This document shows, in pieces, positions 26,424 to 40,793 of a DNA stretch of 64,000 nucleotides. Source of the stretch: Lenisia limosa. Lineage: Eukaryota; Protista; Breviatea. The translations under genes and the position numbers were made by a program. How positions within the stretch are numbered: the stretch's first letter is position 1; every line of letters begins with the position of its first letter. The stretch is taken from positions 1-64,000 of the forward strand of contig LPNZ01008880.1 in the NCBI GenBank assembly GCA_001655205.1, written 5' to 3'. The notes beneath the pieces are model-generated. The model did not search any database. It worked only from the letters and a program-made list of their open reading frames with translations, and was not told the DNA's origin.

Positions 26424-29400
26424 ATGTCGCTGAATAATGGGTTCAGTACTGAAGTAAAGGGGCTTTGTTTTCTTCCCCATTCATGCATTCACCTCTTTAG
26501 CGGAGGTGACAGCCCACTCGTCAGCAGTGACATGCGCGTCATTTGGCCGCAAGTCGGGCCGTGTGGCTATCTCGGGTGGTGATGACAACAGGGTCGCCGT
26601 GTGGGCGGTCGGCAAGTCTTCAGCTATTATGGTGGGCGATGCTTGCTAATGGGAATATTGATTTATATATTTACACTAGGGGCCCTTTTTTTGTGTCGTT
26701 ATCCTTGAAATATGTGCAGCTTTCGCTCTCTTTCGCCTGTCATGTCCTTTAGACGCTCCCCGGTCATTTAAACAGTGTTCGTGCAGTTACCTTCGATCAC
26801 AGCGAGGAATATGTGAGCCCCAACATTTGGGTCATTGTGAACCCTTCCTATTTGACAATACCTGGTTGTAATTTTTTAGGCTGTTTCTGGATGTATATCA
26901 GGGTCTCTCAAATTCTGGGATCTTGGTACCGGTAAATGTGAGTGGATTCATAGGAGACAGTAATTGAGGATCGAACCATTCTCTAATGCTCCAGGCACTC
27001 GCACTCTCCAGGGCCACAGGGCTGAGGTGTCCACAGTGGACTTCCATCCCTACGGCGAGTTCTTCGCTTCGGGTGGGTGGAACATCAATTTCCTACTTTC
27101 AGTGGCAACAATGGCTCACCTTGCAGGGTCGTGTGACAGTTCTATGAAAGTTTGGGACGTGAGGCGTAAAGGCTGCATCCAGACCTACAAAGATAGGGAC
27201 CCCGGGGTACAAGTATGCAAAGCCTCATGGTGGTTTAGTCTAACCCCCTAGATCAAGTCATTGATTTTTAGCCCAGATGGCAGGTGGCTGGTTTCTGGAG
27301 GATCGGACGGCAAAGTCAAAGTATGAACAATTGGGTAATTATTTGACGTGTATTTATGCCCTGATGCCATCATATGGAAATTATCGTATCCCCACTTATT
27401 ACGGACCATTAATTTGTGTTGTAACCCCCCCCCCCCCNNNNNNNNNNNNNNNNNNNNNNNNNNNNNNNNNNNNNNNNNNNNNNNNNNNNNNNNNNNNNNN
27501 NNNNNNNNNNNNNNNNNNNNNNNNNNNNNNNNNNNNNNNNNGGCGGCGCAGTCACCGATCTTGTCTTCCATCCCCACGAGTTCCTTTTAGCTTCGGTTGG
27601 CTCGGCAGGGTCCATTGATGGTTACCAGGCTGATATTTGATTGCGAAACTTACCACGCAGAGCGGACTGGACAAAGTGGTCCGGTTCTGGGACGTGGACT
27701 CCATGCAGCCGGTGGCGTCGTCAGTGGTGGAGGCGTCTCCGCAGAAGTGCCTGGCTTTCGAGCCCGAGGGTGAAGCTATTTTGTCGGCTTCCTCGGGCAG
27801 TTTGAGGGTATGATGGGGAGGCGTTTTATCAATGGTATTGTAACTTCCTTGTGCTTTTTGCTACTATCTGTGTTACTATTATTATGTTATTTACTTTGCT
27901 CTTCATTTTGATGCTTTTATGGTTTATGTATTTGGAATAAGGTATTACATCTCCGATATCATTCTTATTCTTATTTCTTCACCCAATTTGGTATTGTTAG
28001 CCCAGCTTGGTCCCAGTCACCCCACCCCCCACCCCAGTCAATGACATGGGAGCCGAGTCGAACATGTGACGTGGTTCCGATGAGCTGGTCCAAGCCTGTC
28101 GACTTGATCACTGTCGAGGACAAGGCTTTCACCCTGGCGACTTCGGGTAGGCACCCATTCTGTCACTGTTGTCTCGCCTGTTTACAAAGACTGTTCTAAC
28201 TCTCAGGAACATCACTCTCTTTTTGGGTAATTGATCTCTCCAAAATTGCGCCCATGGGCGCAGGCTTCAGGTCCCAAGGTATTCAGAGTGAATTTATTGT
28301 CAAAGCATTAATTTCATCTTTATTTTCGGCAATCCTCACCTTTTAGTTTTGCCACAAACCCCCTCGGGTGTTGACAGTGACTATCACCAAAACTACACTC
28401 CTCCGTGTTAGCCTTATAAGAATTACACATATTAAGAGGCTATCCTTTTTATTTAATTAAACAAACAACTTAATGAAATATACATGTACACGCCATTTTG
28501 GTCTCTTTTTTTTTGCATCAATGAGCTCCTATGAGTCTCAGAATGATGCCCAAACACTTTTTGGGTGTTTTTCAAAAATATGTGGTTGCAACAGTCACAA
28601 TTACTGAAAAAAAGTGAAAACCCCCAAAACGGTTTATGGGTAATATGTAAGATTTTTTGGAGGAAATTTCTAATTTGTTAATTATTTTTGATTGAACTGA
28701 ACTGAAAGTACCTAGCTACCTTTTAAAATGCTTTTTTTTTAATCTCTCCACCTTTTTTACACGTTATACTATGGGAGGTAAAGAAATTTCACCTGAAATT
28801 AGAGGCCAAATAGAAATGTTGCACAGAAGAGGGTTCTTCAACTCCAAGATTAAAACCTGGATCACACAAGATCTTCCAACAGGATCTATTGCCACAATTG
28901 TCAGCAAGTTGAAGATTAAAGGAACTATTAAAGTTGAGAAGCGTTCTGGAAGGCCACGTGCTTTGACGAAGTCCAACGAACTGCACCTCCTCCGATAGAT
29001 TCGAGAACCTCCCAAGCGCCCTATGTCAGTCCATGCTGCTGTTGTATCCCAGAAACTTGGTAAGACCGTCTCGCGTTATACTCTTCGTCGTGTTGCTAAG
29101 AAATATGATATGGTTATATCAGAAAGAAGCCTAATTATCTTCTTGAATGGTTTTGTTCATATTTGTTAATTAGGATTGCCCAATCCCCGATTTCAATCCA
29201 ATTGAGCATGTTTGGGAAATTTTGAACAGAAGAGTAAGGGCACGTGGAATATTTTCCAATGTCAACGTATTATTTGATGCACTGAAGGAAGAATGGGAGG
29301 CTATTCCAGTCTATGATTCAAAATTTAATTTCGTCAATGCCAAGAAGATGCCAAGCTGTAATTGACAATGGCGGTCTATTTACTAAGTATTAATGCATTT

Positions 29401-31985
29401 TTCATTCAATTACAAGTAAAAACATAGAAAAGACGAACTATTACCCATAAACCGTTTTGGGGGTTTTTACTTTTTTTTTCAGTAATTTTGACTGTTGCAA
29501 CCACATATTTTTGAAAAACACCTAAAGANNNNNNNNNNNNNNNNNNNNNNNNNNNNNNNNNNNNNNNNNNNNNNNNNNNNNNNNNNNNNNNNNNNNNNNN
29601 NNNNNNNNNNNNNNNNNNNNNNNNNNNNAAAACGCGGGAGAAAACTCACACAGCAAGTCAATTTTGGGATCAAAAAAGTTTACATAAGGTGACCTGAATG
29701 GTATACTATGAGACAAACCTCAAAAATATAACCTAAAAATTCAGAGTAATTTGACAATTAGGTAATCATATGAATATCTACTACCCCCCTTCTCATATCC
29801 CAGCAACAGGCCGGCGGAGAGAAGAACTCGCAAAACCAAGACCTGCTACTTCAGCCATTCCTTGTGGGCTTTTTTCTTAGAACATTTACCTTTTGTGTGA
29901 ATGAAATGCAGTGCAGAATGGACTACAATAGCCTGCGTTTTTATTATTCAAACCCGTGTGTGGGCCTTATATTTCCATTTACCCCCCCCCCCCTCCAGCC
30001 TCACTTGAACAAGACCGTCAAAGTAAACTGGCCGAAGCCAAACGAAGAGGACGAGAATTGAAGAAGCAAGAATCGCAGCAAAACGTTTCAGTGAGGGGTG
30101 TGGTATTACCAGGAAAGAGCCGGAAATTGGTCAAACTGGTCACCTTATCTCGATTACCCTCTAGGACGACCCTAAGTCCCCTTTTGCCCCTTCCGCTGAA
30201 ATTCCGAGAGGAAACACTTCTGCTGGAGGTCGAAGTGAGGGGTGTTCGTAGTGCTTTGTATAAGAAGACAACTTTGACGGTTTAGCCCCTAACACTCGCC
30301 CCACCCGCCCCGCAACTTCNNNNNNNNNNNNNNNNNNNNNNNNNNNNNNNNNNNNNNNNNNNNNNNNNNNNNNNNNNNNNNNNNNNNNNNNNNNNNNNNN
30401 NNNNNNNNNNNNNNNNNNNNNNNNNNNNNNNNGTTGAGGACAATCTCACTGCTGACCCTTCAATGTCTCCTCTTCCCGGCCAACACTACCCTCAGGTTGG
30501 ACTCTAGCTTTGTTCCACGACATTATTTTTTATACACAACTTGTACAAAAATGGTGAGTTATCTCTGATGCCCTGTGGATATAAGAACCACATTTTTGTC
30601 CAAGGTAGTGATAGCAAGCGAGGAGTCAGAGCTGTTTCTTTTCCACTATTCACTATAGTTACAATTNNNNNNNNNNNNNNNNNNNNNNNNNNNNNNNNNN
30701 NNNNNNNNNNNNNNNNNNNNNNNNNNNNNNNNNNNNNNNNNNNNNNNNNNNNNNNNNNNNNNNNNNNNNNNNNNNNGTGTTTCTCGTTCTGCATATTTTG
30801 TAGAAGTTGGTGCAGTTTTTGAATTAATTTTTTTAATTATAATTATTATTATTTTTTTTGGAGAAATTAATAATTAATACGAAATTAATTTAAAATTAAT
30901 TTATAATTATTTAATTCATTTTCAACAATATTGTCGTTATTGGTTAACTTTCATCATTTGTCCGAAACAAAAAAATCAAGTCAAAAAAATCTAGTCAAAA
31001 AAAAAAAGCAAAAATACAGAACTTTTATCTTATTTTTGTTTGAAAAAAAATCAACTCGAAAATGTTCTGGAAGTTTCTGGAATTTATTNNNNNNNNNNNN
31101 NNNNNNNNNNNNNNNNNNNNNNAACAATCCAAAAGAACTTTGTTTCTGAGATTTTTTTTGGAAAATATTAATTGACAAAATTAATTAGGAATGAATTCAT
31201 AACTAATTTAAAATTAATTTAGAGAAATTATTGGTCCAAAAAAGTAATTGAAATTAATTTTTTTACAATTAATTTCGAATTAATTTCAAAATTAATTGCA
31301 CCGACTTCTCATATTTTGACCGTTTTTTCTTTATCCTTGCCAATTTTTCTTTTTTTTGTAGTTTAATTTCTCTTATTGCGTAGGGCAACTTGGACGATTC
31401 AAAAACTCCCTCTTCGTAAGCGCTGAGTGCTTTTTCACATATTGAGATATAGTTTATTTTTCAAACACAAGCTATTTGCATTTACTGTGTTAGACAAGCG
31501 CTTCACCCTGTACCTGCCATTGCCAACCAAATCATCTCTACCATGGAAGAGGTGGGCTGCATAAATTGGCTAGATTCCTAGATTGCACAATAAGCTCACC
31601 GCCTCTAGGTTCTCGAGATAGCTCTGGACCCGCACCAACGCTCAATGGCCTTTATGACCAAGAGGTTGCAGGATCTTGATGCGGTGGCGGAAACTTTCAG
31701 AAGGGGACAAACTAAAAGTGGGAGGGTTGCTTGATTGTTGAATAGTCCCGTAGTCAATCTCACTTGTTTGGAGTTTCAGTTTATTCGGTTCGTGATTAGT
31801 ACCATTATGCCATCGAAATTTCCTTTGTTTTACTCCCTCCAGTTGGCATCCGGCGCGTGATCGACTCCGACGACATCGGCCTGACTGCTGACGTTTTGTC
31901 GTCCCTCCCTCTCAAGCTCCTGGACCTCGAGTCGTGTGTCATGGTCGCCTCAGCGCTGCCGGACCTCTTCAAAAGCAGCATCAGA
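26424..31985 (+). CDS. KATNB1: Katanin p80 WD40 subunit B1; 3' end lost at gap 32054
   Basis: WD40 exons [87 protein letters not shown] and [12 protein letters not shown]. Con80-like C-terminal exons [12 protein letters not shown] and [36 protein letters not shown]. Confidence 0.9.
28491..29528 (+). mobile_element. Degenerate, internally deleted Tc1/mariner copy inside a KATNB1 intron
   Basis: Near-identical to 23550-24161 and 32064-32540. It has a premature TAG (about 28996), frameshifts and a ~60 bp insertion before the ATG, and goes directly from RKKP to NYLLEW, so most of the DDE domain is missing. Confidence 0.9.
30801..31309. mobile_element. AT-rich MITE with 13-bp TIRs and 9-bp TSD (Mutator-like) in a KATNB1 intron
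   Basis: Left AGAAGTTGGTGCA (30802-30814), right TGCACCGACTTCT (31297-31309), flanked by direct CATATTTTG at 30792-30800 and 31310-31318. Interior has AATTAATT-rich imperfect inverted arms. Confidence 0.75.
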
Positions 31986-32063
31986 GAGTGTGTTGGTGTT
32001 ATGGGCTTCTGATCTACCTTGCTATTGATGGTGTTATGGGCTTCTGGTCTACCNNNNNNNNNN

Positions 32064-32540
32064 TTTGCCCAATCCCCCGATTTAAATCCAATTGAGCATG
32101 TTTGGGAAATTCTGAACAGAAGGGTAAGGGCACATGGAAAATTTTCCAATGTCAACGTATTATTTGATGCACTGAAGGAAGAATGGGAGGCTATTCCCCA
32201 GTCTATGATTCAAAATTTAATTTCGTCAATGCCAAGAAGATGCCAAGCTGTAATTGACAATGGCGGTCTATTTACTAAGTATTAATGCATTTTTCATTCA
32301 ATTACAAGTAAAAACATAGAAAAGACGAACTATTACCCATAAACCGGTTGGGGGTTTTCACTTTTTTTTTCAGTAATTTTGACTGTTGCAACCACATATT
32401 TTTGAAAAACACCTAAAGAATGTTTGGGCATCATTCTGAGACTCATAGGAGTTCATTGATGCAAAAAAAAATAAAAAAAGACCAAAATGGCGAAAAGCTA
32501 GGACCAAAACACTTTGTCTTTATACTTTTGCCCGCCACTG
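32064..32540 (+). mobile_element. Tc1/mariner element, right part (transposase C-terminus plus right TIR)
   Basis: [21 protein letters not shown]...[40 protein letters not shown] is the Tc1 SPDLNPIE motif region. Ends ...TTTTGCCCGCCACTG, the reverse complement of the 23503 terminus. Confidence 0.92.
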
Positions 32541-32630
32541 ATTATATTCTACAAACACGGATTGTGATGAATTGAACAGTTACATAATATCATTATACTA
32601 AAAGGGAATTCTAATCCTAAAACAGCAAGT

Positions 32631-35583
32631 TTACTTAGTCCACCCCTGGAAGAGGTCGTTGCCCTTGTCATCGCAAATAATGAAGGCAGGGAAGTTTTCT
32701 ACGTCTATCTTCCACACAGCTTCCATTCCAAGCTACTCAGTGAAGATTGTTTACCCATTATTTCAAACCCATTTCCAGCTACCTCAGGATACTCAAGGAC
32801 TTCAACGTTTTTGATGCAGTCCTGGGCCAAGCGAGCAGCTGGTCCACCAATAGAACCTTGGAAGTTACAATTCAACTTTATGTCACACTGGCCTAAGAAT
32901 CAAGGTCTAATAATTTGTTGAGTGAGATAACTTACCAAGATAGAATCCTCCATATTTCTTGCATGATTGACGAACCTAAATATATCAAGCAAAAGGTAAA
33001 TATGATATCTCATTCAAAAAGGTAGTAGGCATACCACGGGGGACCGGTTTCCCTTGGCCAAAGTGATGAGAGAGCCACCCTCAGGCATCAAATCGGGAAG
33101 ATAGCTGTCCATTCGGGCGGCAGTGGTGGGTCCAAATGAACCTGAAATTGTTGTCAGACACCACTGAATTTCCACATTATTTGTAGCGCATTTCTCTGAC
33201 CATCCGTAGCACCCATCCCACCAGAAGGCATTCCATCGGGCTGCTTTGCTGGGCCGGCGTAATAAATAACATGGTTCTTAATGTACCTATGATATCAGTT
33301 GAAAACTATAGAAACCTTAAATGTATCACTATGTGGTATTATATGATAGAATACATTCTGAGATTTTGGTATTGCATTGTAATACTGTTCAAGAGACACT
33401 AAAAGAAAAATCCAGGCCTACTCTGGGATTTTCCCAGTTTGGGTGAGTTGGTCTTTGAATTTGGCATGGGCAATATCTCTAAAAAAGTCAATTGAGTAAA
33501 AGCCAAACCTTGCAACAACAATTGTTCCATTGAGACTGAGACGCGAGCCAATCGGGAGTCTTAAACGTTAACATAGAGAATTAATAACAAATACCAACTG
33601 AGATAACTTGTTTCGAATGGAAATCATCGGTTGATTGAGATTAATGTCCACTACTTCAGCATCTGAAATCTTTTCCCTATGATAAGACAAGTTAGTGAGT
33701 TGAGAAGGACAAACTGAATAGCGGCTTCGGGAAGGAATTGCCCGGGGTCCTTCTCAAGCTTTTCAAGGTAGACTCCAGTCCTGCAGTTGTCAAACTTAAA
33801 CCACACTAAATGTAACTTTTTTACGCCTGAAAATGAACCACCCCAATATTACACGTAGAAGATTTAGAAACAGGTTTTTAATTATTCCAAATTATTTTAC
33901 CACAATGTAACTAAGAAAAAAATAATATGCCATTTCTGGCAACAAAGAAAAACCACAAAGTTATACTTCATCATCTTAGAGGGACTATTGGACTCACTTA
34001 TCAGCATAGGCCTTGATTTGTCTGTCAGCACTACACGAAACTCCAAGTCCAACTGGGCATGAGGCGCCATGTCTGAAGGCATGGCTCAAAAGAAAGGAAC
34101 CATGGTGTAAATAACAGGATTTCTTTAGTGACGTAGCTCCCTGACAAACCTTGGAAGACGGATAACACGTGCATCATGAGCGAAGTATTTTCCTCCAAAC
34201 TGAGCTCCAATTTCAGTCTGCTGACACATCTCAAGAACCATCTTCTCAGCTTCGAGGTCTCTAAAGCCCCTTCCGCCTTTACTTCCTTCCGTTGGGAGGG
34301 TGTCCAGAGCCTTACAGCTAGCGAGCTTAACTGTTTTCAGGCATGTTTCGGCAGATGTTCCTCCAACAACCAATGCGATATGGTAGGGTGGACATGCGGC
34401 TGTGCCAAGAAGACGGACCTAGAATCATCAATATCATGACTGTTTCTCACTTTGGTGTCAATGAACTCACGAAAACTGTTGGGGTTGAGGAGGGCCTTTG
34501 TTTCCTGGGTGTCATTGGAAAATTGTAATGAGAACATACCTGGAACAAGAAAGTCTTATTTGCAGATCCGCCGCCTTTGGCAACGAAGAGCATGTCGTAA
34601 CGAGACTCTTCTCCTAAAGAACAATTATAACATGTTTATCCTCCACAATAGGAAAAATAAGTAGTAAGTATTATATTAGGTGTGAATGTTTATCAAAAAA
34701 TAGTCCTGACAAATAAAGATAAAGCTCAATATCCCATCCATGACTTATTGTGGTCAGTTTATATGATATGATGTTAATATATATATGATATGATATACTA
34801 ATACCCATGTCTAAAACAGATCCTCAAAACCTCTCCCAACCTGCATAAAGGTCAATTTGGGCGGGGAGGTTGGTTTTGGTGTTCACTTCATCGTACATAT
34901 TCAAAGGTGCGTTTTGAGAATATCTGAATGTCAAATTTCTAACTACAACGTACCTCAAGTTCAGCTTTGTATATGCGTCATAGACTCCGTGTGAGAATTG
35001 CTCTTTATCAGAGCCGTCTGTCCAAACATTTTGCCCACGAGTTGCAGTAATAATGGCCGTGCCTAGTGAATGGTTAAATATTATTAATAATTAAGATCAA
35101 AATTCAGAGAATCAATAAAAAAGAATTGGGGACATACCTGTGTCTTGACAAGAAGGTAAAACACCAGCAGAGGCAACAACAGCATTTTTAAGAAGATCAA
35201 GTGCAACAAATCTGAATGTTGATTCCTCGTTATAACTTGAAGCATGCATACCTGTCATTAGCAGTGGCTTCAGGGTCATCAAATATAGAGCTCAACTGCT
35301 TCAAATGTGCTGTTCGGTAGTAGTGGTTAATATTTCTAAAGTGTCAGAGTCACCAGAAATCCCACTTGAATGCCTCAAATGTTGTGAGTCGCAGCGCCTC
35401 AGAGTCGACATTCAAAACCTCCCGACCGTTGACGTTGGTCACCTCCACTGCATCAGAAATCTACAGTGTTGGTAAATGAGAAGGGAAAATGCATGTCCTC
35501 AAGCTGCACAAACCTTTTCAAATTCAGTTTCCGTGTCAGGGCTCAGCTGAAACATGGCTTCATACTTGAACTCTGGTGCTCCT
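32631..35583 (-). CDS. fumA: Class I (4Fe-4S) fumarate hydratase, FumA/FumB type; first exon/start not located
   Basis: Spliced translation includes [91 protein letters not shown] and [25 protein letters not shown], all matching class I fumarase. Confidence 0.95.
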
Positions 35584-36193
35584 AGAATAAGATTATTAAG
35601 TTGAAAAAATAAGAAAGTTCTTATAAGAAGTTGTTTTTGCGGTTTTTTTGCGAGAGAAAAAAAAGCTGAAGTAGATTGGAAGTAGAAGCAGACGGAATCA
35701 GGTAGGTGGAATACAAATTATTTCACATTTTTTGTCGACATCTCTAGATGCCCATATGCGGCATTCAGTCCGGTTTTTTTTTCAAAAATTTTGAAGAAAA
35801 TGGCTTTGTGGCTTGAATTTGCAATATAGGAATATAGGGGCGACACCAATGTTAAAATAAAATAAAGGCAAAATTTAACATTTTTCGAAAAATTCAAAAC
35901 CCGCCAAAAATGACCCCATCAACCGACCATCTTTACAATATAACACAAATTTATTTACGTGGTGTTGGATGTCAGAAGACAGGTGACGTTCTCTCATGTA
36001 TGTCATGTATCAGTAATATTTTTTAATATATAGTCTGCCTTTTTTAAGGTAATATGTATACCAGTGGTCGCCCATGTTGGCAATAAGTATTAAAAAAATT
36101 CTGCCTGGAGTGTACGACCATTATTGAGACACTGTATACCGTACACCGCTATTCAACCGCCACTTTTTTCGGCAAGATCTTTCTCGATATAAA

Positions 36194-36846
36194 GAGGGGA
36201 GGGGGGCCTCCTCACAATATGACACAATTTTTTGCTATTTTGGGTTTTTGTTGTTTTGGATATAAACTGGTCCAGCTACACCACAGATCCCAAGTTTATG
36301 TTTTTAAACTTATTTTCCAAAAAAATGAAGTGAACTGAACTGAACTTTCTTAGGAATTTTACAATTTCGTATCTATTTTTTACAAATGATTATAAATGTC
36401 TTATTATGAACAAGAAAGATTATGAAAATAACACCAGAAATTCATTGTTAAGATTTGGTAAAAACTTCATAAAAGCACGAATAACAGCTCACATCTACGA
36501 GCATGGACTTGATTAGGTTCATCACGTCATCTCGGTATTGGAATTCCAGGCAGATTTCAAATTGTGCACCAAAATTTCAAATTGAAGAAGTCCCAAAAAT
36601 TGGTACGAAATTCTAAAATTTCCTAATTTAGAAAGCTCAGTTCAGTTCAGTTCATTTTTGGTAAGTTTAAAAAGGTTTTTTCTTGGGTTTCTCTGGCTGT
36701 GGCAAAAAAAAAACAAGCGTATTAAAATAATGCGACCATGCCAGCTGTATACCGTACGCCACCACTGAAAACACACTGTACACTGTCACTTTTATCAACC
36801 ACCAGAGTGGTAGTAAACATATTATGAGGAGCCCCCCACCCCCTTG
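36194..36846. mobile_element. Foldback/MITE-like element with nested inverted repeats and candidate 8-bp TSD (hAT-like)
   Basis: Outer arms GAGGGGAGGGGGGCCTCCTCACAATATG and CATATTATGAGGAGCCCCCCACCCCCTTG. Inner ~90 bp arms at about 36280-36371 and 36604-36702 contain (GAACT)n/(AGTTC)n. Direct GATATAAA at 36186-36193 and 36847-36854. Confidence 0.6.
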
Positions 36847-37079
36847 GATATAAAATAATAAAATATAAAAAAATTCGGTTTTGTCATTGAGATCACCCAA
36901 TAGTTTGGGATCAGACTGTGTGATACTTATGGAGATCGGAGATCGTCACTTTATCGAGTTCGGTTGTCCTGATCAGCCCTAAGTACATCTTCATTAGTAA
37001 TAAGAAGGTATGTTGTGTATGCGTGTATATATTATATTGTATGTTTCGTTCGTTTCTCACCCCATTTAGATCTTTGAAG

Positions 37080-38111
37080 ATGACTCAAGCCTCAGGAGTA
37101 GGTTAAAGACCCTTTATATTTAAATAATTGGTCATATATTATATTTTACGTCCTTTAAGGATCCTGAGGCGGCCAGAATGAATCGGCCTCCAAACTTTGA
37201 CTTCCCTACTCCACCTACTCCCCCCACAAGGAAATGGCTTAACGCTAAGAAGTGGTACCAATGGCCCAATCCTATTGGTATGTGGGATTCTCATCCTTCC
37301 GTGTCAACTTTTGATTTGCTAAGGGGCTTCTTCTTCTCCTCTCCTTCGTATTAGAAAGTCTAAACATAATAGCAGAAACTCCTGTGTTTTTTTTCATCTT
37401 ATAGACAACCGCCTTGTTCGATTGATCTCCTTCTTTGTGTTTCTTTCGGCATTGACTATCTTAATCTTTGGTGTCATTGGAGACAATGATGAGGTGTGGT
37501 ACCTTGTCCCCTTTCTCTTCTTTGACTTTTTTGTCCGCACCATTTTTGGCCCCGTTCCTTTCAGGTAAGAGCTGTTTGTTGGATTTCTATTTCTTCGGGC
37601 ATTTACATTTACCTGATCAGTCCACTTGGTGTTCTTTCTACCATTATTTTGAAGATCTTCCGCATCAAGACCATCATGGTTCCTTCTCCTGCAAAAAGGT
37701 TTGTTCTTTGAGAAGGTAATACCTTAGGTTCTCTGCCTTCCTGGGTATTGTGCTCAACACTGTCCTCTTCAACCTAAGGTTTACCCTTGACTCTGAGCTC
37801 CAAAGAGTGAGCCTTGAGATATTTATTACCCCCCCCCCCCCCNNNNNNNNNNNNNNNNNNNNNNNNNNNNNNNNNNNNNNNNNNNNNNNNNNNNNNNNNN
37901 NNNNNNNNNNNNNNNNNNNNNNNNNNNNNNNNNNCCGTTTTGGGCTTCTGTGTTGGCTGCTGGATTTTCGGAGCTTTCTTCAGATGGCGGTATGCAGTCG
38001 GTTTCACTGGCGCTGACATTGCAGTGACGCACGGGAGCTGAAAGGCTGCAAAAAGAAGCTGATCCCTCCGCCCGGTCCTGCAAAGAAGGGTGGAAACCTG
38101 GTTCGTGATAG
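37080..38111 (+). CDS. DUF4395-like multi-pass membrane domain (apparent N-terminal part of the TrxR gene)
   Basis: Spliced in frame: MTQASGDPEAARM...WYQWPNPIG...NRLVRLISFFVFLSALTILIFGVIG...LFFDFFVRTIFGPVPFSPLGVLSTIILKIFRIKTIMVPSPAKRFSAFLGIVLNTVLF...[gap]...VLGFCVGCWIFGAFFRW. The R..., DF..R...SP, P.KRF...G and GFCVGC pattern fits DUF4395 (PF14340) as recalled, not searched. Confidence 0.7.
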
Positions 38112-38181
38112 GTTTGCGCTTGGGTTAAAAAGTAATCAAGACTGTATTAGACCTAGAGTTCATAATAATACCAACCCTTAG

Positions 38182-40649
<2,468 letters not shown>

Positions 40650-40650
40650 G

Positions 40651-40737
40651 CCGCCCATCAGCTGCCGGCACCTTTATCCACCCAACAAACAACTTCTCAC
40701 TGTTGGGCTTCGGGATGGTGTTGGCAACTCTGGGCGG
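40651..40737 (+). other. GC-rich long hairpin immediately after the TrxR stop codon
   Basis: CCGCCCA/TGGGCGG, TGCCGGCACC/GGTGTTGGCA, ATCC/GGAT and CCCAACA/TGTTGGG stacked helices. No GA/GA core. Confidence 0.6.
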
Positions 40738-40793
40738 CGAGCGGCCTGTTTGGATACTTAGCATTTAAATGGGCTTCCTGTGATTTGGGTACC

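Noticed and set aside
40651-40737. This hairpin as the SECIS
   Set aside because: It lacks the UGA/GA quartet and lies too close to the UGA; 40794-40856 fits better.
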